A DNA stretch of 35,056 nt, from positions 1 to 35,056 of the IMG/VR virus record IMGVR_UViG_3300032212_000095. One strand, given 5' to 3'. The notes beneath the pieces were generated by a model, which saw nothing but the letters and a program-made list of their open reading frames with translations, had not been told where the DNA came from and searched no databases. Both the position numbers and the translations under genes were made by a program. The DNA is from a virus. Its lineage: Duplodnaviria > Caudoviricetes. Below are positions 10,027-19,747 of the stretch, in pieces. Numbering within the stretch: position 1 is the stretch's first letter; every line of letters begins with the position of its first letter.

Positions 10027-12650
10027 CGCGGCAATCGCTCCCGCACGGCGGCCCGCGTCTCCGGGTCCACGATCAGGTTCAGGGCCGCGACGCGCTCACC
10101 CTCTGGCAGGGCCTGCAGCTGCAAGGCCTGTCTGTCCAAATCTTCCTCCGTCGCATCGCCGAGCGTGGTATCCATGAGGAATACCGTGTCGTCCGACCGC
10201 CCGTCGTCGCGCACGGCGGACAAGGGGCCTGTGTCCACATTGGCATCCCTCATGGTTCGCGTGAGGCGACGTGTCAGCGCCGCCTCCGGCGTTCCAGCCC
10301 CCGTGTCACCCTGCATGAAACCAAGCACATCCACGAGTACGTCATCCGCCCGATCACCGAAAATCCACACCATGCGGTTGGCGAACACCGCCATCTGCTC
10401 GGTTACCTCTTCGGGAGAGATATCCGGATCGCGGGTTATGGCGGCCACGTGCTGGGCCATCTCGGCTAGTGTACGATTGGGCAGCGTCTGGGTCGCGGCG
10501 TCAGACAGGCCGAAGCGCTCGCGTTGTATGCGCGTGGACGCCTCGATGTAGTCTCGGAACGTGCTCCTGCCGTCCTGCTGACCCGACACCTGCGGCACGG
10601 GGACACCGGATACCATGTTGATGGTAAGGCCGTCCCACAAAGCCGCAAGATCCGGGTCGCGATGCGCGGCGTTGGCGGGCTCTCTCAGCCGGTACTGCTG
10701 CTCCTCCTCTACGGCGGCCACTGTCCGGTCGTATATGGTCTCCCCTACGTCGGTGCCTCGGTAGGGCATGGCCGGGCTTTCCACTTGGTTCAGCAGGCCG
10801 GTAAGCTCGGCGGCGTCCATTTCGTCGATGTTTTCGGTCAGCGCCGCGACCGTCGTCTCCTCCGTGATCCTGTCACGGTACGTCTGGGCGTTGGAGGGTG
10901 TCAGCGTGTTCAGCGCGTCCTCCATCTCCGAGCGCATGGGCAGGTCTTCTCCCGCCCTGAAGGCGGCGAGGCTGTCGTCGAGGAATGTCTGGGCATCCAC
11001 GCGCATCTGCGCGGTGGGCGCGGTCGTGTTCGTCAGGCTTTCGATAGCGGCCTGCCGCGCCGCGAGTATGTCACCCGTTGCAGCGCCGGCCACTCGCGGG
11101 TTGACACCGCCCATCGGGTTCAGGGTGACGCTGTCAATTTCCCCCCTGACGTGCCGCCCTATGACCTCGGATGCCCAGCTGGGGACCGGGCCCCACGACC
11201 CATCCGCAAGCTGGTTGCCCCACGCCCTGCGATCACCGAAATCGAGGTGGATGAAATTGCCGTTGTAGACGCCGATCCCCGTCACCCCGGCGACAGAAAG
11301 CGCCTCCAGCAGCTGCACGCGTTGGGGTATGCTGAGTTGCGCCACGCTGATGTCTATGGCTCCCCTGCGACCTGTCGGCGTGCCGTCTTCGCGTCGCAGG
11401 ACATGCTGGCTGTTGCTCGCCCCGTACCCCGCGTTGTCGACGCGCTCGGCGTCAAGAATGGGCAGGCTGTCGTAGCCGAACTGGGCGAAGACGTTCCGGG
11501 CTATCTGCACGAGCTGGGGGTCGATTTCGTCGTACCGGCTCTCGGGGAGGGCGTTACCGGCCCCGTCCGTAAGAGGTATGTCTGACGTGGAGGGGACGCC
11601 GGGACGGCCCGTCATGAAGTCGGGCAGGGCTTGCCGCAATGCGGATTGCACGCCCCGGGGCAGATCGCCTCTGCTCCAGTCGCCATTGGCGAACTCTTCG
11701 CCCATGTAGAATGCGACGACGGCGTCCACGGGATCCTCAAACCCCGCCTCCGTCATCAGGTACTCCATCTGGCTCTGTGCCAGCATGCGTGCTCGCGTGG
11801 GGTTGGAGAGGTACGCCTCCCAGCCGCCCGGTTGCGAGGCGGGATCGATGCCCTCTCGCCGGGCGATAGCGGAAAGATCCTCGCGCCGCAGGCCAAATTC
11901 ACCCACACGCTCTCCCGAGCGTCCCGGCCCGAGCGCCCACTCCTCCAGTGCGCCAGTCAGGAGTGCGGCGCGCGTATCAGCGGGGAGTTCCATCGGCGTG
12001 CCGCCGGTCTCGTACATGACACGTAGGGGATCGGCAGCGATGCTTTCGAGATACCCGCTGGCGAAGAGCCTGTCCGCGTTGCGGATCATCTCTTCCTGAT
12101 CGGAGGGCGGCAGGTTGGAGCCTCGCACCCGGGCTTCGTAATCCTCCTGCACGTCCTCAATGCTGTCGGGGCTTGCCGCGATCATTGCAAGGGCGTCGTT
12201 GCCTATATCCGTCAGCACCCCACTCTGGAAGCTCACAAGCTCTTGGTATTCCGCCCTGTCGGCGCGCAAACCGCGCTGGTCGAAAAGCAGACCTATGTCG
12301 GCCTCGCGCCGAGCGCGCAGATCCTCATCTTCGATGCCGGATAGATACGCCTGCGTCAGCTCCGTCAGCGCGCCGTTCCTGAAACCCTCCGAAAAGCCGC
12401 GCCCGCCCGCAGGCATGTTCTGCTCGGCCTCGAACATGGCCGCGTCCAGATCGGTCTGCAACTGCCGGTATTGCTGCGTGTCCTCCATCTCCAGACGTCG
12501 CTGCTCGCGTTCTACGAGCGCTCCCCCCAGCTGCGCGAGACCGCCGCCCAGACCCTGAATGGCCCCCGGCATGGCGTCACGTAGCTGGGGCCCCGGGCTG
12601 GCCGTGACCTGCATGGGTACGGAGGCTTGGAGGCGTTCGATACGGGCCAT
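10023..12650 (-). CDS. Internal virion/ejection protein (gp15 position) with peptidase M15-like domain and a degenerate lytic-transglycosylase-like segment
   Basis: 875 aa. SQH...GAIDI...GIGVY..NFIHLD...RAWG is the Zn-peptidase M15 pattern. YLSNP...EYLM...DAVVAFYMG resembles SLT motifs. N-terminus carries GLGGGLAQLGGAL and a coiled region. ATGA overlap with the next gene. Confidence 0.8.
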   Translation of the reverse strand: MARIERLQASVPMQVTASPGPQLRDAMPGAIQGLGGGLAQLGGALVEREQRRLEMEDTQQYRQLQTDLDAAMFEAEQNMPAGGRGFSEGFRNGALTELTQAYLSGIEDEDLRARREADIGLLFDQRGLRADRAEYQELVSFQSGVLTDIGNDALAMIAASPDSIEDVQEDYEARVRGSNLPPSDQEEMIRNADRLFASGYLESIAADPLRVMYETGGTPMELPADTRAALLTGALEEWALGPGRSGERVGEFGLRREDLSAIARREGIDPASQPGGWEAYLSNPTRARMLAQSQMEYLMTEAGFEDPVDAVVAFYMGEEFANGDWSRGDLPRGVQSALRQALPDFMTGRPGVPSTSDIPLTDGAGNALPESRYDEIDPQLVQIARNVFAQFGYDSLPILDAERVDNAGYGASNSQHVLRREDGTPTGRRGAIDISVAQLSIPQRVQLLEALSVAGVTGIGVYNGNFIHLDFGDRRAWGNQLADGSWGPVPSWASEVIGRHVRGEIDSVTLNPMGGVNPRVAGAATGDILAARQAAIESLTNTTAPTAQMRVDAQTFLDDSLAAFRAGEDLPMRSEMEDALNTLTPSNAQTYRDRITEETTVAALTENIDEMDAAELTGLLNQVESPAMPYRGTDVGETIYDRTVAAVEEEQQYRLREPANAAHRDPDLAALWDGLTINMVSGVPVPQVSGQQDGRSTFRDYIEASTRIQRERFGLSDAATQTLPNRTLAEMAQHVAAITRDPDISPEEVTEQMAVFANRMVWIFGDRADDVLVDVLGFMQGDTGAGTPEAALTRRLTRTMRDANVDTGPLSAVRDDGRSDDTVFLMDTTLGDATEEDLDRQALQLQALPEGERVAALNLIVDPETRAAVRERLPR

Positions 12651-13099
12651 TATGAAATCCCAAAGGCGTCAGGAAAGCGGGCGGCCCCGCTCAGGATGGG
12701 CGACAGGAAGGCGAAGGGGGCGGAGCGGCGGGCAGATCGGGCGTTTGCCTTCATGATGCTGCTCTCGAAGCGGCTCTGGTCGGCCTGCGCCCGGGCGTTA
12801 TAACTGATCATGGCCAGATCCATGTCTGCCTCGTTGGCGGTGTCCATGGCCACGTCGAAGGCGCTGCCGCCGGATCCGAGGCCCCCCTCGGCAAATGCCG
12901 CGCGCTGCTGCCCACCTACTCGGACCGCGCGCCGTTTCGCCTGCCCCTGCTGAAGCGCACCGGCAGTGTATTGCTGCTCCGCACGACGCTGCAGCGCCTG
13001 CGACTGCATCTCGGCGCTTTGAGCCTGTGCCTGCGCACCCATGAAGGCCCCCACCCCTTGGATGACGGATCCCGCGATCAGTAGTGCCGGTCCACACAT
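12650..13099 (-). CDS. Small internal virion protein (T7 gp14-like)
   Basis: 149 aa, Ala/Gly/Gln-rich, MCGPALLIAGS...GQQRAAFAEGG...GSAFDV; typical position after tail tubular B. Confidence 0.8.
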   Translation of the reverse strand: MCGPALLIAGSVIQGVGAFMGAQAQAQSAEMQSQALQRRAEQQYTAGALQQGQAKRRAVRVGGQQRAAFAEGGLGSGGSAFDVAMDTANEADMDLAMISYNARAQADQSRFESSIMKANARSARRSAPFAFLSPILSGAARFPDAFGIS

Positions 13100-13100
13100 A

Positions 13101-15659
13101 TCAAGTCCCTCTATCTACCGTGACCATAACAGCTCTTATGGTCGCGGGGAATGGTTCGTCAGTGCTGATACGCGCCCGGGCCTCGCGGGACCACCCTCCT
13201 TCCACAGGCACCTCCAGCATCCCCGTGTGCATCGCGGGGGCGAAATACGTCCGCCCTCTATTCGTGGCGAAGTCCGCCTCTGTGCGCAGCTGCTCACTTT
13301 CCGTCGGCCTGTCGGCGTCGCCGCCATGTAACCCATATGTCTCGAACACATCCACATGGACCTCAAGGATACTGGTGGGGCTACCAATGTAGCCGCCATC
13401 CTCCGGGATATTCGGAGGGCGAAGGGTCTCGATGACGCTCGTGTAAGCCAGACCGATATAAGCATCCGTGGTTGTGTACCCGCTGGGGGCTGTCACGGAA
13501 CCCCCGGAGACAACAGCCGTGCCCCAGTTACGACCCTCGTTGGCCTCGTAAATTGTCACCGTCTCACCTTCCAGATAATCCAGTCCGGTAAAGGTACCGG
13601 TGGCTGATCCTTGGTACCGGGCGGCTGCCATGAGATATAAGGGACGGTTGGTGACTGTTTGCGGCCCCCGCCAAGGGGAAGCGATTTTTTCGATGCGATA
13701 CTGGAACGCACCGTCCACATATCGCTTGGTGACCATTAGGGGCACGTCACCGTCGTCACCCGGCAGCACGCACATGCTCTCCACGCCCGCCAGCGCGCCC
13801 GGGATCTCTATCCTACTCACGCCGAAGACCTGCTGCTGCCGGTCGTAGGTGCAGGCGGCCACTATGCCGTCCTCCATCACCGCCCAGAGCAGATCCGATG
13901 GGATTTCCTGATAGTGGACTTCGCGCACCTTGCTGCGAAAGATATGCTCGGCGAGCATGGTCAGCTCTCGCACGATGTAGCCGCCGTCGTCGGCGCTGAA
14001 AGCGGTTTCATGCAGGCGCTGCTTGGCCTTGCCCGCAAAGATAAGGATGTTGGAGACCCAGACGGGGAGGACGTCGCCAGCGCGCACGTCTGTGGCCCCC
14101 TCCTCCTCCGCGTTCGCGGGGCTGAATACGGCACCCGGGTCGCGCTCGTTCACGACCCTGATGCCGCCCACTGTGCCCAGCAGGAGGTCCGTACCGTTGC
14201 TGGTCGCCCAGAGGATATCGTCCATACGCCCATTCGTGAGATCGAAGGCCACGGCGTCGTCGTCCACAAGAGGGTCAGAGACCCCGAAGTTGTCGAAATC
14301 ATCGGATACGCTCAGCCAGCCCCCTCGGGGCTGATCGCTCGTGTTAAAGAAGGCAAGACGACCCTTGTGCTTACCCACCCGCTTGGGCCAGCCGCTCTCG
14401 TCCGACCACGCCTGCAGCTGCCACGCCGCCGCCACCGTGCTACCTAACGTAAGCGGTGCGGGACCGACGACCTTAGCCGATACGGACGTGGTGCTGGCTC
14501 TGGCCGTTATGACGAGTACGCGCCAGAAACCGTCATCCGCCATAACTCGAATAAGTCGCCCGACATCAGTAGTTTGGAAGCCGGTATCGTTGTTGATGCC
14601 GGTCACCGCACTAGCAGTAACAGTAAACGCCGCTTGATCGTCTACATGCAACAGCGCCTCCCATTTGGGGTAGCGTGTTGCACTCGCCGAACCCCCGCCG
14701 CCATCTGCTGCGCCCATGGTTTCAATTCTGTACACGCGATACGCTGTGCTGTTGGCGATCTCGAATACACGGGTTTCGCCGGATATCCAGTCGCTCTCGC
14801 CTCTATGCTGGTCCAGTGTCACCCACGCAGCCGATCCGTCTTTCTGCGCCTTTAGCGTCCAGTTTACTGCAGTGTTCCGCGCCTTATCGACATCCGTGCT
14901 ATCTGCCGTAAGAGCATATCCCGTAATCACTTTCTCGACGCCCGCACCGTAGTCATACTGGATATAGCCCCGCCCCGCCGCGCCGTCTAGCGTTGCCGTC
15001 GCACGCTCGTTATCGAAGCTCTTCCACGCAGACGTGCTGGCCGTACCTGTACCTCCGCTGGCGATAGTTGTCGTGGTGGTCGACGCCGTACCACTGGGCG
15101 CTGTGTTGGTCGTCATAGCAGGCCATGCGTGGCCCGTACCGCCGAGCGTCATCGATGCTGCGCCAGCACCCGAAGGGAGGAGCCAAGGCCCGTTCAGCGC
15201 CTCGAAGGTGGCCAGCGTCCAACTGGTGTCGCTGGATCGTGTCAGGGTGCGGTTCTCGTAGCCGTCGCACGTAATGTAGACGACGTCGCCGATGCTGTCC
15301 GTCTGGATTTTCCAGAGGTCCGCCTGCAGGTAGGGCGTCGTCACCTCAACGGGGCTGCCGCCGCTCTCGATGACGCCGTCCACAGTGTGGAAGCGCAGCT
15401 TCAGGTTGCTGAACTCCAGCGCGTAGGCTTGACTCTCGTTGAAGATGAAGGGGATCAACCGACTGGCCGCCGTCTCCGTCGTACAAGCGTTCTGGTCCAG
15501 CGTGCCCGGCATACGAGTAACACCTCCGTACTTCGACACGATGAAGTTCGTGCACGTGTGCAGACCCAGTCGATAATCCTGCAGATCCACGCGCCCGTGC
15601 ACAAGGGGGGTGACCTCTCCCCGAGTCATGGATACGACGTGATTGTGGACCCTCGTCAT
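13101..15659 (-). CDS. Tail tubular protein B / nozzle (T7 gp12-like) with an inserted discoidin-like domain
   Basis: 852 aa. MTRGEVTPL..GRVDL...NFIV..YGG..RMPGT, RLIPFIFN...YALEF, GWPKRV...GRLAF, IGLAYTS motifs typical of BPP-1/T7-like tail stabilisation proteins. Confidence 0.9.
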   Translation of the reverse strand: MTRVHNHVVSMTRGEVTPLVHGRVDLQDYRLGLHTCTNFIVSKYGGVTRMPGTLDQNACTTETAASRLIPFIFNESQAYALEFSNLKLRFHTVDGVIESGGSPVEVTTPYLQADLWKIQTDSIGDVVYITCDGYENRTLTRSSDTSWTLATFEALNGPWLLPSGAGAASMTLGGTGHAWPAMTTNTAPSGTASTTTTTIASGGTGTASTSAWKSFDNERATATLDGAAGRGYIQYDYGAGVEKVITGYALTADSTDVDKARNTAVNWTLKAQKDGSAAWVTLDQHRGESDWISGETRVFEIANSTAYRVYRIETMGAADGGGGSASATRYPKWEALLHVDDQAAFTVTASAVTGINNDTGFQTTDVGRLIRVMADDGFWRVLVITARASTTSVSAKVVGPAPLTLGSTVAAAWQLQAWSDESGWPKRVGKHKGRLAFFNTSDQPRGGWLSVSDDFDNFGVSDPLVDDDAVAFDLTNGRMDDILWATSNGTDLLLGTVGGIRVVNERDPGAVFSPANAEEEGATDVRAGDVLPVWVSNILIFAGKAKQRLHETAFSADDGGYIVRELTMLAEHIFRSKVREVHYQEIPSDLLWAVMEDGIVAACTYDRQQQVFGVSRIEIPGALAGVESMCVLPGDDGDVPLMVTKRYVDGAFQYRIEKIASPWRGPQTVTNRPLYLMAAARYQGSATGTFTGLDYLEGETVTIYEANEGRNWGTAVVSGGSVTAPSGYTTTDAYIGLAYTSVIETLRPPNIPEDGGYIGSPTSILEVHVDVFETYGLHGGDADRPTESEQLRTEADFATNRGRTYFAPAMHTGMLEVPVEGGWSREARARISTDEPFPATIRAVMVTVDRGT

Positions 15660-16255
15660 ACATACCTCACGTCGATCACGTCGTGCTGCTCCACGATCTC
15701 CGATGATCCCTCCAGCGTGTCCACGTCGGCTGCGAGGCGCAAGGCGTCGGCCAGATCCTGCAGCAGGCGGTCCTTATACGTGGCTTTACCCGTGGCCCTC
15801 AACGCGAGCCGGTGGGCGAGGAAGATGGAAAAGGCGTCCACAGCCAGCGGATCCCACTCCGTGAAGTCCTCCACGCGCTGGATCGTACGCAGGTAGAGCG
15901 TCGTCGCGGTCGGGGGGTCGTTCACGTAGATGTAGTTGCCCACGATCTCGAAGGGGATAGGGCTGTCCGTCCTCTCCCCGTACTGCGTGGGCTGCAGGAC
16001 GCGCAGCCAGTCCGAAGGTAGCTGAAACCTGTATTCCCAACGGAATGCGGGTGCCGTGGCGTCCACCGTCAGCGTGTTCAGTTGCATGGCGAAGTTCCAC
16101 GGTTTCAGGCGCAAGAAGGCATCCCGCGCCTGATCGTGGTTGCGTCGCAGCCACCGGGCGTACACGCTATCGTCGGTGGTCGCGCTGAGCGCGTGCTCGA
16201 CGAGGTGGTCAAGCGCCATGTTCCAGACGTCCAACTTGGTCACATTCGCGGGCAT
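15656..16255 (-). CDS. Tail tubular protein A / adaptor (T7 gp11-like)
   Basis: 199 aa. DVWNMALDHL...RDAFLRLKPWNFA...WEYRFQLPSDWLRVL; synteny. Confidence 0.9.
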   Translation of the reverse strand: MPANVTKLDVWNMALDHLVEHALSATTDDSVYARWLRRNHDQARDAFLRLKPWNFAMQLNTLTVDATAPAFRWEYRFQLPSDWLRVLQPTQYGERTDSPIPFEIVGNYIYVNDPPTATTLYLRTIQRVEDFTEWDPLAVDAFSIFLAHRLALRATGKATYKDRLLQDLADALRLAADVDTLEGSSEIVEQHDVIDVRYV

Positions 16256-16266
16256 GGGTCACCCCC

Positions 16267-16611
16267 TTAGCTTGCCTTCGTGGCCGCCGCCGTATTCGGG
16301 CCCGCAGGCTTGGCGGATGTGGGGCGCTTCTTGACCGCACCGCCACGCTTCAGCGTGTCGTTGACCGCCGTCGCCGCAGCCTTGGCCGCCTTGACGTTCA
16401 AGTCGTTGTGCTCACGATCCACGGCGCGCTGGCGTACGTTCAAGACGTGTAGGGGCACCTGCTCGCCCAGCCGTAGCTTGACCTCGGGATCCTTCGGTTT
16501 CACCAGCGCGTCGCGCTCGGCGATCTTCTCGGCTGCCCGGCGCTCCTGCGCGCGGCGCTTCGCCACGGCGTCTGCGCGGCGGATCTCTTCAGTGGTGGGT
16601 GTACGAGCCAT
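16267..16611 (-). CDS. Hypothetical basic virion-region protein
   Basis: 114 aa, GAGGAG RBS, Ala/Lys/Arg-rich, within the structural operon. Confidence 0.7.
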   Translation of the reverse strand: MARTPTTEEIRRADAVAKRRAQERRAAEKIAERDALVKPKDPEVKLRLGEQVPLHVLNVRQRAVDREHNDLNVKAAKAAATAVNDTLKRGGAVKKRPTSAKPAGPNTAAATKAS

Positions 16612-16637
16612 GGGCTGTCTCCTCAGATTGGGGTGTA

Positions 16638-16662
16638 GGCGACCCGCTGGGGGCGGGCCGCC
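16638..16662 (-). other. Intergenic GC-rich hairpin
   Basis: Minus strand ggcggcccgc-cccca-gcgggtcgcc: 10-bp stem with one G-U pair, no U-tract. Confidence 0.4.
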
Positions 16663-16684
16663 CTTTCATGGTACGGTAACCGCC

Positions 16685-17365
16685 TTACCGCTCCACGAAG
16701 GCGCGGACCCAGTCCACGGTCATGGTCTTGGCCACAGCCTCGCCATTCTGGAGACCGAAGGTCAGGGTCAGCTCCTCGTCATCCGGCACGTTGGTCATGG
16801 CCACGCCCGCAACGCGGGAGCCGTCCACGAACACCTCGATTTTCGAGCCGGTCAGCGAGCTGCCGTCCTCGTCGGTCTTGCCGTTGTAGTAGAACTCCAG
16901 CGTCACCCACGTGTCGTCGGCAGCGGTGCCGACGGCGGCGCTCTCCGTCTCCGCGCTGTCCTTGGTGACAGTGAAGTCAATGTTGGTGTCGCCGTCATCC
17001 TTGACGAAGGCGATGCCATCGGTATGCGCCAGAGGCGTGGTATCCGTGATCACCAAACCGGCGATAAAGTCGCTCTCGGTGGCATCGGATACCTGCAGGC
17101 GGATGCCGAAATACATCCGCTTCCCGGCCACGAACTTGAATGCCTCGGAGGGCAGCTGGAAAAAGTCGTGGTCATTGTCGCCCGCCGCATTGGTGACCAG
17201 CAGCTGGCCGCCCGCGCCCGGGGTAAGGGCCTCGGTGGCCGACCCGGTGCCAAGTTCGGTCGTGGTAATCGTCCAGTCGGCGGCGGTGTAGTTGAAGAAG
17301 TCATCGAAGACCTCGTAAAACGCGGTGCGATTGCCCACGTTGCTCAGGATATCGCGAAAGCCCAT
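16685..17365 (-). CDS. Probable capsid decoration/minor head protein (beta-rich, lectin-like)
   Basis: 226 aa directly after the capsid gene; FDDFF...GGQLLVT...IEVFVDG...MTVDWV beta-sandwich pattern; AAGGAG RBS. Confidence 0.6.
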   Translation of the reverse strand: MGFRDILSNVGNRTAFYEVFDDFFNYTAADWTITTTELGTGSATEALTPGAGGQLLVTNAAGDNDHDFFQLPSEAFKFVAGKRMYFGIRLQVSDATESDFIAGLVITDTTPLAHTDGIAFVKDDGDTNIDFTVTKDSAETESAAVGTAADDTWVTLEFYYNGKTDEDGSSLTGSKIEVFVDGSRVAGVAMTNVPDDEELTLTFGLQNGEAVAKTMTVDWVRAFVER

Positions 17366-17416
17366 GGCTTTTCTCCTTGCTATCGCTCAGGCCACCATGG
17401 CGAGAGCGGGGGTAGG

Positions 17417-17459
17417 GCCGGGGGCGGCACGAGGAGGAAAAACTCGCGCCGCCCCCGGC
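17417..17459 (-). promoter_or_regulatory. Long stem-loop after the major capsid gene (mRNA stabiliser/attenuator candidate)
   Basis: Minus strand gccgggggcggcgcgag-tttttcctc-ctcgtgccgcccccggc: 17-bp stem with one G-U pair. Confidence 0.6.
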
Positions 17460-17478
17460 GCGACCGATCTAAGGGAGA

Positions 17479-18489
17479 TCAGCCATTCGTTTTCAGAAGC
17501 GCCATCGGGATCTGCTTGCGCTCCGCGTAGACGCGGTCCCAGTTGGCGGCTGCCTGCAGCTCCGTGTTCGTCGGGAACTCGGCTGCGACCGAGCTGTCCG
17601 TGAACTTGATGCCGTAGGGGTGGATGGCAAACTGCTGACGGGTCCACAGCTCCTCGATACCCATACCATCGGCTGCGCTTTCGTCGCTGTCCGTGGACAC
17701 CGGGTTGGCAACGGGGCTCTGCCCCATACCGAAGGCACCCATGCCCAGAACGAAGGTCCAGTAGGACGTCTGATACGTGCCGGCAATGGCCGGGCAGCGA
17801 TCAGACACGTGGATCCGATAGTCCTGATAGTAAGGCCACCAGCGCTTGCCGTCGGCGTCCATCCGGTAGTCGATCAGCTGCTGCTTCGCGAGCCGGTTGT
17901 GGACCACGGAGTGCATGACCACGAGGGACAGATCCTGCTTGGCGTCACCCATGGTCTGCCCGGTGTCGAGCACCGCGTCGGCAGAGAAGAGGGTGGCCGC
18001 CGCTGGGGTGCCCGTGACATCACTGGTGATGTCGTTGATCATGTCGCCGCTGTCGTTCGCCGCGTTGTCGGCGAAGACGCCGCGCAGGGTGGAGATCGCG
18101 ACGTCGTCGAACTGACGCCCCCAGTAGTCGGTAACGCGCGAGGCGATACGCTTCATGGGATCGTCCCCGGCCAGCTCGCGGGTGAGCTGTGCGGTGGACC
18201 AGCCACGGGTACGGACCTGCCGCCGGGCAATGTCCTTTCCCGTGGTGATCGAGCCCGGGGTCGCGTCGCTCGCCGGATCGTCCGATGCCGGGTCGCTCTC
18301 GGTGTCGTCCAGATCTTTCCAGAACGGCACATTGAAGGTGCGACCGCCGCCAGCCAGTTTGGCAGACAGCTCCGCATCCATTACCATCGCCCCCGCTCCG
18401 TAGAGCGCGGTCTTCTGCATCGTCTCTTTCAGCATGTACGATGCGAACACCTCGGGCACGATGACGTCACTCAGTCGGGTAACAGCCAT
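17479..18489 (-). CDS. Major capsid protein (SPP1 gp13-like coat family)
   Basis: 336 aa. MAVTRLSDVIVPEVF, GGRTFNVPFWKDL, LAGDDPMKRIA, VMHSVV, HPYGIKF, PTNTEL...NWDRVY; follows the scaffold gene. Confidence 0.9.
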   Translation of the reverse strand: MAVTRLSDVIVPEVFASYMLKETMQKTALYGAGAMVMDAELSAKLAGGGRTFNVPFWKDLDDTESDPASDDPASDATPGSITTGKDIARRQVRTRGWSTAQLTRELAGDDPMKRIASRVTDYWGRQFDDVAISTLRGVFADNAANDSGDMINDITSDVTGTPAAATLFSADAVLDTGQTMGDAKQDLSLVVMHSVVHNRLAKQQLIDYRMDADGKRWWPYYQDYRIHVSDRCPAIAGTYQTSYWTFVLGMGAFGMGQSPVANPVSTDSDESAADGMGIEELWTRQQFAIHPYGIKFTDSSVAAEFPTNTELQAAANWDRVYAERKQIPMALLKTNG

Positions 18490-18503
18490 TTTTCAGGTCT
18501 CCG

Positions 18504-19415
18504 TTAGCTGAGGCCGTACAGGCTGAGATCCGCGCCTGCGGCGCGGGCCAGCTGCTTGGCCTTGTCGGGTTGCTCTTTGACGAGCTGCATGATGGCTGTG
18601 AGATTGCCTTCGCCTGCGAAGGGGTTGACCCCCGTCAGGCTGTCCCCTGCCCCATTGAGCGTACCACCCTCGGTGAAGAGGGCGATACCGGCCTTGGCGA
18701 ATGCCGTGGCCAGCTCGGGTACGAGAACTTCACGATCCGGACCCAGCAAGCCGCGCTTTGACAGCACGTCCGTCAGGTTGCCCTTCTCGTCGATGGCATC
18801 GAAGAAGCGGGCGGCCATCTCAAGGTTGGCCTTCCACGTCTCGCCGTCCTTCGCCCCCCAGACAGCCTCCAAGGCCTCGTTGGCCTTCGAGATGTCCGTT
18901 TCGAGGTTCGTGCCCATGGTATCCTGCATCGCAGCCGCCTGCTCCGTCATCTGACCGGCGAACCAGTCATGGAGTGAAGCGGCCTGCTTCTGCGACAAAC
19001 CAAGCTCGTGTGCCTGATCCTTGAAACCCTTGGCCATCTCCTCGTCATAGGGGACCGTTTCCGGCAGGTTTTCCGGTACCGTCAGCTCGTACTTGTCCGA
19101 GCTTTCGGGCCGACCAAGTCGGCTGAAAACCTTATCCCACGCATCTGCGTCGTCGTCTTTCGGGATCGCCACGGCGCTGCCCGCGAATTTGTCCAGCTCG
19201 TAGGCCTGCTGGGCCAGTTTCGCGACGTCGTTACCGTGACGCGTGTTCACCCACGTGCGGGTTGCTTCATCAAGCTCCGCAAACGGATTGGCCGGGGTGT
19301 CGCCACCCTCGCCGGTGCCCGAGGGGTTACCAGTGTCACCACCGGCTCCGCTCGATCCTTCACCTGCGGCATCCCACGTGATCGTGGGGTGCAGGATATC
19401 CTGTAGAATGTTCAT
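18504..19415 (-). CDS. Capsid scaffolding/assembly protein
   Basis: 303 aa, acidic. WDKVFSRLGRPE..DKYEL and AHELGLSQKQA motifs; lies between portal and capsid. Confidence 0.85.
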   Translation of the reverse strand: MNILQDILHPTITWDAAGEGSSGAGGDTGNPSGTGEGGDTPANPFAELDEATRTWVNTRHGNDVAKLAQQAYELDKFAGSAVAIPKDDDADAWDKVFSRLGRPESSDKYELTVPENLPETVPYDEEMAKGFKDQAHELGLSQKQAASLHDWFAGQMTEQAAAMQDTMGTNLETDISKANEALEAVWGAKDGETWKANLEMAARFFDAIDEKGNLTDVLSKRGLLGPDREVLVPELATAFAKAGIALFTEGGTLNGAGDSLTGVNPFAGEGNLTAIMQLVKEQPDKAKQLARAAGADLSLYGLS

Positions 19416-19747
19416 AAGTCGCTTCCCTCTTGATTGCTGGCGGCATCCTCCATGCGCACCGCCTGAGCGAGGGCCGCCTGAGCCTCTGCTGGCAGGTTGG
19501 TCAGGCTCAGGATCCGGGCGAAGACGCTCCGGCGGCCCTCCATATGCGTTAGCACGAGGGGATCAGCACCCGGCTCGGATACGTGAAAGTAGCCTGACCA
19601 GCGGGCCAGATCCGTGCACACGATCTCCGCGTCCTGCTGACCCCCACGACCCGAAAACACAGCAGCGTATGCCTCGACGAGACGCGACTGCGCCGTCGCC
19701 GTGCGGCGATGCCCGTGCTCGAAGAGGCTGGCGATTGTGTCTGTCAT
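19412..19747 (-). CDS. Conserved small head protein (BPP-1 Bbp19-like)
   Basis: 111 aa. YAAVFSG..G...VCTDL...EGRRSVFARI motif; lies between portal and scaffold. Confidence 0.75.
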   Translation of the reverse strand: MTDTIASLFEHGHRRTATAQSRLVEAYAAVFSGRGGQQDAEIVCTDLARWSGYFHVSEPGADPLVLTHMEGRRSVFARILSLTNLPAEAQAALAQAVRMEDAASNQEGSDL

